From NCBI RefSeq assembly GCF_003149375.1, contig NZ_QFWH01000005.1, positions 14,004-78,003 of the forward strand: a stretch of 64,000 nucleotides of DNA. Reading direction: 5' to 3'. Under the pieces are notes generated by a model, which was not told where the DNA came from, searched no databases, and saw nothing but the letters and a program-made list of their open reading frames with translations. This DNA is from Vampirovibrio chlorellavorus. Its GTDB lineage: Bacteria; Cyanobacteriota; Vampirovibrionia; Vampirovibrionales; Vampirovibrionaceae. The stretch's first letter is position 1, and each line of letters opens with the position of its first letter. Position numbers and translations under genes: made by a program. Shown here piece by piece: positions 26,609-34,061 of the stretch.

Positions 26609-26751
26609 GGCAGGTTCCGTTTACACCACGTTTCTAAAACTGCGTGCCGCTCAAACAAGTTGTGGAATTTTTTTTGGCAACGTTGCCAAGCTCAAGTTTT
26701 TTAACTCGCTGTACTTAAACAGTTAGAAACGTGGTGTAAACGGAACCTGCC
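26609..26751 (+). repeat. copy C of the structured intergenic repeat
   Basis: Perfect outer inverted repeat GGCAGGTTCCGTTTACACCACGTTTCTAAAACTG ... CAGTTAGAAACGTGGTGTAAACGGAACCTGCC. Core with central palindrome TTGGCAACGTTGCCAA and TTTTTAACTCGCTGTACTTAAACAGTTAGAAACG. Confidence 0.75.
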
Positions 26752-26867
26752 AAATCTTTTTAGCCGGGGAGGGCTGCTGGAGGGGGCACAGAACGAGCGG
26801 CAAGCTCTCCCCCCCAGTGGGGGTAACAGAGGGCAAGGTCCCCTGAAAAAGAATTGAATTGAGTAAG

Positions 26868-27371
26868 CTATGTGGAGAGATACAAGAGAGCCGTAACACT
26901 GGCGGCAATGGCCTCTTGGGTGCCCACGGGCGGAAACTTCTCGGCGGTTTTGGCCTTCACGCTCACGCAATCGACCGCCAAATCCAGCAACTCGGCCAGC
27001 TTTTCCCGGATGTCTGCCTTGTAAGGTCCCAGCTTGGGCTTCTCCAGAAAAATAGTGACATCCACGTTACCCGGTCTGTAGCCAGTGGCCGTTACCAAGG
27101 GCAGAGTTTTAGCCACAAAGGCGCTGCTGTCCATGCCCTTGTATTGATCATCAGACGGGGGGAAGTGATCACCGATATCCCCCAGCGCACAGGCCCCCAG
27201 TAAGGCATCAATCAGGGCATGCAAAACAACATCCCCGTCGGAATGGGCCTCACACCCCACGGGGGACTCCACCTGAATCCCCCCAATCATCAGTTTTTGA
27301 CCGGCCACCAGCCGATGCAAATCGTAGCCCTGCCCAATTTTAAAGGGAAGTACCGTGCCCATTCCGGTCAT
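26868..27371 (-). CDS. ispF: 2-C-methyl-D-erythritol 2,4-cyclodiphosphate synthase
   Basis: 167 aa. IGQGYDLHRL ... HSDGDVVLHALIDALLGA ... GDIGDHFPPSD conserved IspF metal/substrate motifs. Confidence 0.85.
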   Translation of the reverse strand: MTGMGTVLPFKIGQGYDLHRLVAGQKLMIGGIQVESPVGCEAHSDGDVVLHALIDALLGACALGDIGDHFPPSDDQYKGMDSSAFVAKTLPLVTATGYRPGNVDVTIFLEKPKLGPYKADIREKLAELLDLAVDCVSVKAKTAEKFPPVGTQEAIAASVTALLYLST

Positions 27372-27373
27372 CG

Positions 27374-28189
27374 TTAGGCCCGCAAGGGCAAGTGGCCCAA
27401 CACAAACTTCTCAATGGCCTCGGCCACCCCATCCTCGTGGATGGTGCGGGTCACAAAATTGGCCTTCTCTTTCACATAATCCGGGGCGTTGCCCATGGCC
27501 ACCCCAACGCCGGCATGCTCAATCATAGACAGATCGTTGCCCTGATCGCCGATGGCCATAATTTCATGCGGCTCAATGCCCCATTCTTCGGCCAGCGTTT
27601 TTAAAGCGTTCCATTTGGAGGCGGACACATCGATAATTTCGCAAAAGTTTGAACGAGAGCGACAGAAGGACAGGCGCCCTGCAAAATGGACGCTGAGATG
27701 GGCCAATAAAATATCCAGCCGTTCATCGTCAATAACCATAATCTTGGTGGGGTCCTGGGTCATGCTGCCCAGCAGATCCTCGGTGAAAATAGGTTCCACC
27801 CCGGCGGCCTTTTGATAGTAACCGGCATGGTGGTTGGTGGGATGCGTCCACAGCCGATCGTCCATGTACAGGTTAATGTGGTAGCCATCGGTCACCAGTG
27901 TTCGCATGACCTCTTGAGCCAAGGGCAAAGCAATGGGCGTATGAGAGCGCAAGGCATGGCCATCGGCGATATCTCGCACCATGGCCCCCTGGTAGGTTAC
28001 CAGCGGCTCCACTACCCCGATTTGCCGGGCAAAGGGCAAGGCCGAACTGAACATCCGCCCTGTGGCAATGACCACCCGCACCGAAGTTTCGGTGATCAGG
28101 TGCTTTAAAAGCCTCAACAGGGATTCGCTGATTTTGAGCTGATCGTTGACGACGGTGCCGTCCAGATCCAGCGCTACCAATTTGATCAT
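27374..28189 (-). CDS. Cof-type HAD-IIB family hydrolase (sugar phosphatase-like)
   Basis: N-terminal LVALDLDGTV (HAD motif I) and C-terminal GDQGNDLSM (motif IV). 271 aa. Confidence 0.8.
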   Translation of the reverse strand: MIKLVALDLDGTVVNDQLKISESLLRLLKHLITETSVRVVIATGRMFSSALPFARQIGVVEPLVTYQGAMVRDIADGHALRSHTPIALPLAQEVMRTLVTDGYHINLYMDDRLWTHPTNHHAGYYQKAAGVEPIFTEDLLGSMTQDPTKIMVIDDERLDILLAHLSVHFAGRLSFCRSRSNFCEIIDVSASKWNALKTLAEEWGIEPHEIMAIGDQGNDLSMIEHAGVGVAMGNAPDYVKEKANFVTRTIHEDGVAEAIEKFVLGHLPLRA

Positions 28190-28230
28190 GGCTTTATCAT
28201 ACTATTACGGCCCCGGAAGGCCAACCGATT

Positions 28231-28635
28231 TTAACCGTTATACCTGTCGTAATCAGCAACAGGATCTTCAGCGTCTTCATCCTGCCAGCGTTTGGCGATT
28301 TTGAACAGTTCATCCATAGCCGTTAACAATTCCTTACCCCGATCGGTCAGTCCATAAGTCACCTGGGGCGGGATACTGGGCACATGCTCCCGATACAAGA
28401 TACGGGCATCCTCCAGCAGGCGAAGCCGCTCCGTAAGGACCTTGGCGGATAAGCCCGGAATGTTGCGCTTAAGCGTACCAAAACGCTGCGGCCCTTGCGA
28501 GCAAAGCACCCACAAAATGTAGCAGGTCCACTGACCCATAATCAGGCGGAGTAAAGAGTCCATGGGGCAACCCGACGGACTGGGGGGCAGGATGGGTTTT
28601 AACGGTCGCTGGGGCATGGGGGCATCATTCACCAT
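28231..28635 (-). CDS. HxlR-family winged-helix transcriptional regulator
   Basis: CPMDSLLRLIMGQWTCYILWVL...GPQRFGTLKRNIPGLSAKVLTERLRLLEDARIL matches the HxlR/YodB-type HTH signature. Confidence 0.75.
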   Translation of the reverse strand: MVNDAPMPQRPLKPILPPSPSGCPMDSLLRLIMGQWTCYILWVLCSQGPQRFGTLKRNIPGLSAKVLTERLRLLEDARILYREHVPSIPPQVTYGLTDRGKELLTAMDELFKIAKRWQDEDAEDPVADYDRYNG

Positions 28636-28665
28636 AAACTGAGCGGTGCAGGAAAGCGTGCTGAA

Positions 28666-28764
28666 AGTAAAACCAGTTACTTTGAAGTGCCTACTTTTCT
28701 AAAGGAACTTGTGGGTTTATACTGCAATGCAGTTACTTATAGTAACCAGATTACTCTAAGTAAT
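28666..28764. promoter_or_regulatory. three palindromic operator-like sites (RTTACT-N3-6-AGTAAY) in the HxlR / 28832 divergent promoter region
   Basis: AGTAAAACCAGTTACT (28666..28681), GTTACTTATAGTAAC (28732..28746), ATTACTCTAAGTAAT (28750..28764), plus CTGCAATGCAG between them. Confidence 0.4.
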
Positions 28765-28831
28765 GAGATTTGAAAAGAGATCGACCAAAACCCAGTGATC
28801 CATCAGTCAGACTTGAAAGGACACCCACCTC

Positions 28832-29296
28832 ATGAGTACGACGACTGTTTCTGAGCAACTCAAAACATTGGCCAAGGATTTGCGCAAGGACTACCCGCGT
28901 AGTCCCCGGGAGACTTTGGGCGGATACGTGATTGCTGGAAGAATGCTGGACAAGTGCCGGGCCGTGCTGAATGGCACCAACGGCGAATACCACTTCAATT
29001 GCCCGCTGGATAGAATGTTTTTCGACTTTGCGGGCATTGACGCCGATGAGTTCAAAGCCTTTGTGGCCACCGGCGCTTCCGATGCCGCCGTGGGCGAATG
29101 GATAAAGCAGCACGCCAGGCAGAAGGAGCGTTTGGACGTGGTGAAGTGGAACAATCAGCATCGCTACAGCACCATTAAAGAGTTGCCCGATAACCTGCAA
29201 CTGTTTATGGAAGATTACATTGCCGAAGTGGTGCCCCCGGGCAAAGTGGTATATCACTGGTTTGACGTTTACGATTTTGAAGAAAAGCGGCTTTAA
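28832..29296 (+). CDS. hypothetical protein (DUF-type, divergently paired with HxlR regulator)
   Basis: 154 aa soluble ORF with conserved-looking YPRSPRETLGGYVIAGRMLDKCRA segment. No function recognised. Confidence 0.45.
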   Translation: MSTTTVSEQLKTLAKDLRKDYPRSPRETLGGYVIAGRMLDKCRAVLNGTNGEYHFNCPLDRMFFDFAGIDADEFKAFVATGASDAAVGEWIKQHARQKERLDVVKWNNQHRYSTIKELPDNLQLFMEDYIAEVVPPGKVVYHWFDVYDFEEKRL

Positions 29297-29494
29297 AAAC
29301 GGCTTCAGGAATCCGGCAAGTGCCCTGCTGCCCGTGAGACATTGGAAGACATTGGCGGGTTTGCTCAACCCAAGGCTTTGGCTATCATGACACTGCTTTG
29401 CGGCAAGCCCGCCAACTCTCCCTCCATCCGAAAGTGCCCGGAAACGACGTAAGAAAAGTTTGAATCACTCCAATTTGAAATGCTTGCTCATTAA

Positions 29495-30661
29495 TTGAAG
29501 GGAAAAATCATCATGGCCCAAATGCTGACCAATCACCTGGATCCACCGGCGTTCAACCTGAGTCTGCCCCTTTTGAAAAACTTTGCCGTGGAAAAATTAC
29601 AACCGGAGTGGCACGATTGGAAATGGCAGTTCCGCAACCGCGTGACCAGCCTCGAAGCGCTGAAGCAATTCATTCCGGTAACGACTGAAGAAGAAAAAGC
29701 CTTTCAGGCCGCCGGTAAAAATTTGCCCTTTGCCATCACCCCTTACTATCTTGATTTAATCAATCCCCACGATCCGCAAGATGCGATTCGCAAGACCGTG
29801 ATTCCCCGCATGGCCGAGTTTACAACCACTGCCGCCGAAATGGTGGACCCCTGCGGAGAGGACGGCAGCATGGTGGCCCCGGGTCTGGTGCATCGTTACC
29901 CGGATCGGGTGCTTTTTCTGGTCAACGAGACCTGCTCCGTATACTGTCGCTACTGTACCCGCAGTCGGCTGGTGGGCAGTGGTAAGCACGAAGTGGATTT
30001 TTCCGCCGCTTACGAATACTTGCGTAAGCACCCCGAAGTGCGGGATGTGCTTATTTCCGGTGGCGATCCGCTGGTGATGAGTGATGACAAGCTGGAAGGC
30101 ATCATTCAGAATTTGCGGGCCATTCCCAGTATTGAAATTGTGCGGCTTGGCACCAAAATTCCGGTGGTGTTGCCCCAACGAATCACCGATGAACTGGTCG
30201 ATCGCCTGAAAAAGTACCATCCCTTTTTTATGAGCATCCATTTTTTACACCCCGATGAAATCACCCCGGAAGTGGAAGCGGCCTGCAACAAGCTGGCCGA
30301 CGCGGGCATTCCCACCTTCAGCCAGACCGTCTTGCTGAAAGGGGTGAACGATGATCCGGCCGTGATGAAAACCCTGATGCAAAAACTGCTGAAGCTGCGG
30401 GTACGCCCCTATTATATTTACCAATGCGATCCGGTGCAGGGGACCGCGCACTTCCGTACCAGCATTGCCAAGGGGCTGGAAATTATGGAACACCTGCGGG
30501 GGCATACCACCGGGTACGCCATTCCCACCTACGTGGTGGACGCCCCCGGCGGTGGTGGCAAGATCCCCGTGTCGCCGGATTATATTGTGTCCCGAGAGCC
30601 CGGCAAAACCGTGCTGCGGAACTACAAAGGCGATGTTTACGAATATCTGGAAGAAGCCTGA
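29495..30661 (+). CDS. KamA-family radical SAM aminomutase (lysine 2,3-aminomutase-like)
   Basis: Radical SAM cluster motif CSVYCRYCTRS (CxxxCxxC with the KamA-type Arg). Length about 380 aa and C-terminal conserved Cys/His region consistent with KamA. Confidence 0.8.
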   Translation: MKGKIIMAQMLTNHLDPPAFNLSLPLLKNFAVEKLQPEWHDWKWQFRNRVTSLEALKQFIPVTTEEEKAFQAAGKNLPFAITPYYLDLINPHDPQDAIRKTVIPRMAEFTTTAAEMVDPCGEDGSMVAPGLVHRYPDRVLFLVNETCSVYCRYCTRSRLVGSGKHEVDFSAAYEYLRKHPEVRDVLISGGDPLVMSDDKLEGIIQNLRAIPSIEIVRLGTKIPVVLPQRITDELVDRLKKYHPFFMSIHFLHPDEITPEVEAACNKLADAGIPTFSQTVLLKGVNDDPAVMKTLMQKLLKLRVRPYYIYQCDPVQGTAHFRTSIAKGLEIMEHLRGHTTGYAIPTYVVDAPGGGGKIPVSPDYIVSREPGKTVLRNYKGDVYEYLEEA

Positions 30662-30681
30662 CCCCTCACCCGTCACGCGAA

Positions 30682-30714
30682 TCCCTCTCCGGCTTTGGCT
30701 GGGGAGGGATTTTG
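30682..30714 (+). terminator. intrinsic terminator after the KamA-family gene
   Basis: TCCCTCTCC-GGCTTTGGCT-GGGGAGGGA hairpin followed by TTTTG. Confidence 0.5.
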
Positions 30715-30873
30715 TAAATAAATTGTAATGATTTCAATTCAAATTTGGTTTAAATGTTTTTATACAAGCATAAGGGATGACACACCATTCGCCACACGCA
30801 TTCAGCGACCGGCTTGGGCCGGAGGCTTTGGAATCACGGCGACAGTAGGGGACAGTGGGTTAACAATAATAAG

Positions 30874-31188
30874 GGGGAATACGATATGCCAATGATGGTT
30901 GGGAATGCTTCCAAGGGTTTAAAAATGCTCAAAGACGTTTTCAAAAAAGGTAAAGATGGCGTTATTAAAAGCAAGAAAACGGGTGAGTTACGGTTTAAAC
31001 CCGGATACGGTGAAGTCGCGGGTAAGGCAGGCGCTCAAAAACTAGGCGGTATTGGGAATGCAATTTTAAGAAACCCAAAAACCACGCTGGCCGTGGGGGC
31101 TGCCGCACTGGGCGGCGCTTACCTGTACAGCCAGTCGGGCAGCTCGGGCGCTAATGCTACCGGTCAGCAGACCTACGGCTATTACTAA
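30874..31188 (+). CDS. hypothetical small basic/Gly-rich protein
   Basis: ATG at 30874 preceded by AAGGGGGAA RBS. 104 aa with a Gly/Ala-rich hydrophobic stretch (TLAVGAAALGGAYLY). Confidence 0.3.
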   Translation, partial: GEYDMPMMVGNASKGLKMLKDVFKKGKDGVIKSKKTGELRFKPGYGEVAGKAGAQKLGGIGNAILRNPKTTLAVGAAALGGAYLYSQSGSSGANATGQQTYGYY

Positions 31189-31520
31189 TCTAGCACTGTA
31201 TCTATTAGCCTCCAAAAGAAGCGGTCTGAGCAATTGGGCCGCTTCTTTGGCCATGGGCCTGTTGGGCCTAATCGGTCTATTCCCGACTTGTCCGGCCAAA
31301 GCACCCATGCACGTGCCCGAAAACTCCTGCCGAGCGAAACGTAAAGAAATATAAAGCATTGCATTGAGTTTCTTGAAACTCTGCCGATGATATCCTATAG
31401 GTAAACCCTTGGCAGAGACTGGCGAATTTGAGGCGATAGAATTATCCATCCAGATCTCATTCCTGAATCGTCCGTCCAAACGCCCGTTATTGGGTCATTA
31501 CAGAGAGAAAGTTTCGGAAC

Positions 31521-32147
31521 ATGCGCCTGCTGAGATACCTTTGGCCAGTGGCCCAAAACCAGGCCGCCCCGACAGGTTTTACCCTGGCGGAATTGTTGAT
31601 CAGTTTGCTCATTCTGGCGGAAATCGCCACCTTTTCCATCCCCAAAATCCTCAGCACCCAGCAGGATGCCCGCAAAAAAGCCATTTTCAAGGAATGCATC
31701 GCCACATTGTATGAGCTCAATACAAAGGCCAGGATGGATCTCAGCGCTAACGTGGCCACGCCAGCTTTACAGAGACAGTTTTTTAGAAACAACCTGAATT
31801 ACGTGAAGGAATGTGCCACCAATCCCGGTTTGGAAGGGTGTCTGGAAGTTGGCGCACCCTATTCGGATCCCGGGAATGCTTCCGCCTTTGTGTTGCCGAA
31901 TGGAGCGGTGCTTACCAGTATAAACGGCCCTCCACTGCCCAGTGCAGAGTCGGTGGGCATTGACTGGAACGGCCCGGCTGGCCCCAACACCTTTGGGGAC
32001 GATATTATATCAGTGACGGTGTGCTACGGCCCCAGCGCCTGTAACGGTGGTATTGGCCCGATTCTGATGGGGCCGACTGGCCCAGGTGCCATAGGACCAA
32101 GCGGCAATCTCGAAAGCGTGACTCTGTGGACAGAAATTTTTAACTGA
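31521..32147 (+). CDS. prepilin-type (type IV pilin / pseudopilin-like) protein
   Basis: Leader then G|FTLAELLISLLILAEIATFSI: canonical prepilin peptidase site with Glu at +5 and a hydrophobic helix. Confidence 0.55.
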   Translation: MRLLRYLWPVAQNQAAPTGFTLAELLISLLILAEIATFSIPKILSTQQDARKKAIFKECIATLYELNTKARMDLSANVATPALQRQFFRNNLNYVKECATNPGLEGCLEVGAPYSDPGNASAFVLPNGAVLTSINGPPLPSAESVGIDWNGPAGPNTFGDDIISVTVCYGPSACNGGIGPILMGPTGPGAIGPSGNLESVTLWTEIFN

Positions 32148-32193
32148 TTTTTAACTAAGGCAGCCTTGCCTCAGTTAAAGCGGGTTCAGGCGG

Positions 32194-33852
32194 TCAAGGC
32201 TTCAGGCGCAACTGGTCAAAATCCGGCAAGTTCAGCGAATTAATGGTAAGCCCCTGAAAGCGTGGCTTGACCAGATAGGTTTTTTCGGTGGCGTAAACCG
32301 GAATAATGGCCGTATCCAGCTCCAGTAACAAGCGCTGGGCCTGATCATACAATCGTTGCCGCTGCTGAGGGTTTAAGGTGGTCACGGCCTGCTGCACCAG
32401 GGCATCGTAACGGCTGTTTTTCCAGCGGGTGTGGTTGTTACCGCTATCAGACAAAAACACGTTCATAAAGCTGTCGGCGTCCGGGTAATCCACAAACCAG
32501 CCCAGCCGGAAGAGTTGCGGCGGATCTTCATCCAGCTTGCTCAGCAACACTTTCCACTCCATGTTATCCAGCCGCACATCCACGTTCAGGTTTTTTTTCC
32601 ACAAATACTGGGCGATTTCCGCTTCTTTCTGGATGTCATAGAGGGTCTGAAAACTTAAATGCACCGTGGGAAAGCCCTTGCCATCGGGATAGCCCGCCTC
32701 GGCCAGCAATTGTCTGGCTTTTTGCGGGTTGTAACTCAAGCCCATGTGGGGGTTATAGCCCACCAGCCCCGGCGTGATCCAGGAGGTCATGGGACGCTGC
32801 CCGCTTTGCATCAGGCGGGGGTAATAACTGCGATCCAAGGCGTAGGCAAAGGCCTGCCGAACTTTGGGGTTGTTGAACGGCGGCTTTTGAACATTGAAGC
32901 CAAAGTAATTGATGCGGTGCAGCACCGTGCTTTCGCAGTCGGGACTCTTGCGCAAACGGCGCACATCGAAGGAGGGAATACTGGTGGTGGTCTCGATAAA
33001 ATCCAGTTCGTTGTTCTCGTACATCACCACGCTGGTGTTGGCGTCGTTAATCATGTACATGTCAATGCCCGCCACTTGGGGGCGTTTGGCTGGCGCCGAC
33101 TCATAAAAATGCGGGTTGGGCACCAACCGGATCTTTTCCTCGTGCGTCCAGTCGGCCATGCGGTAGGCCCCGTTGCTTAAAAAGTGTCGGGCCTCGGTAA
33201 AGCGTTCCCCGTAACGAGTGACCACGTCCCGCCGCAGGGGCAACATGACCGGGGCCGCCGCCAAATCCAGAAAAAACGGGGTGGGGCGCTCCAGATCCAC
33301 AATCAGGGTATGGGCATCCCGGGCATGCACCCCCACCTGGGCAAAATCCTTGATTTTACCCTCGTAGTAAGCCTTGCCGTTTTTCAGCTCATACAGAAAA
33401 AACACGTAGGGGGCCCCGGTGGCCGGGGTCAGGGCCCGCTGCCAGGCGAACAGAAAATCATCGGCGGTCACGGGTTTGCCGTCACTCCAGCGGGCGTTTT
33501 GCCGCAGGTGGAAGGTGTAGCGCAAGCCATCCGGGCTGACCTCCCAGGACTGGGCCATGGCGGGCTGTGGCTTCATGTGGGCATCCAGTTGGGTGAGGCC
33601 CTTCATCAGGGGCAGCAGGACGGTAAAGGAGGTCAGATCATCGGTCTTGGCCGGGTCTAAATCGGGCGGTTCGGTACCCAGATTCATACGAAAAATGGAA
33701 GCCCCCGGGTGTCTGGACTGCTGGGCAGTTCCCCCGCAGCCAGCCACGGTCACCAGCAGCAGGAGGGCGACCAGAAATCGCCCGAATCGATACCGCTTAT
33801 GGCCGAAAGGAGTCACTGCAAGCCTCTCAAATATACCGGATTGAAAAGTCAA
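32194..33852 (-). CDS. ABC transporter substrate-binding protein, family 5 (oligopeptide/dipeptide/nickel type), lipoprotein
   Basis: Lipobox LVTVAGCGG. 552 aa, with family-5 SBP conserved regions (for example FHLRQNARWSDGKPVTADDF, VGYNPH). Confidence 0.75.
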   Translation of the reverse strand: MTFQSGIFERLAVTPFGHKRYRFGRFLVALLLLVTVAGCGGTAQQSRHPGASIFRMNLGTEPPDLDPAKTDDLTSFTVLLPLMKGLTQLDAHMKPQPAMAQSWEVSPDGLRYTFHLRQNARWSDGKPVTADDFLFAWQRALTPATGAPYVFFLYELKNGKAYYEGKIKDFAQVGVHARDAHTLIVDLERPTPFFLDLAAAPVMLPLRRDVVTRYGERFTEARHFLSNGAYRMADWTHEEKIRLVPNPHFYESAPAKRPQVAGIDMYMINDANTSVVMYENNELDFIETTTSIPSFDVRRLRKSPDCESTVLHRINYFGFNVQKPPFNNPKVRQAFAYALDRSYYPRLMQSGQRPMTSWITPGLVGYNPHMGLSYNPQKARQLLAEAGYPDGKGFPTVHLSFQTLYDIQKEAEIAQYLWKKNLNVDVRLDNMEWKVLLSKLDEDPPQLFRLGWFVDYPDADSFMNVFLSDSGNNHTRWKNSRYDALVQQAVTTLNPQQRQRLYDQAQRLLLELDTAIIPVYATEKTYLVKPRFQGLTINSLNLPDFDQLRLKP

Positions 33853-34061
33853 CCAATTGGGGTCTGTGCTTGTACCCCTATCATACCTTATGATGATGAG
33901 AGGCGGTTCTATGACGCTGTGTGTTTCACGCAGGCATTATTACCACGCCGGTTTTACATCAAATCGCTCTATCGTTTGACAGACACCGTCCATTGCAGCG
34001 AAGCCCTTGACACCGGAACCCTTCCACACGTTTTCAGGGCAAACCATTCGGGAGGCGACAA

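Noticed and set aside
25507-26751. The lgt gene bracketed by two hairpin repeats looked like an integron cassette with attC sites
   Set aside because: No integrase or attI is nearby. lgt is an essential housekeeping gene. The repeat termini do not show the RYYYAAC/GTTRRRY attC core, and the third copy is 8 kb away and not in a cassette-like array.
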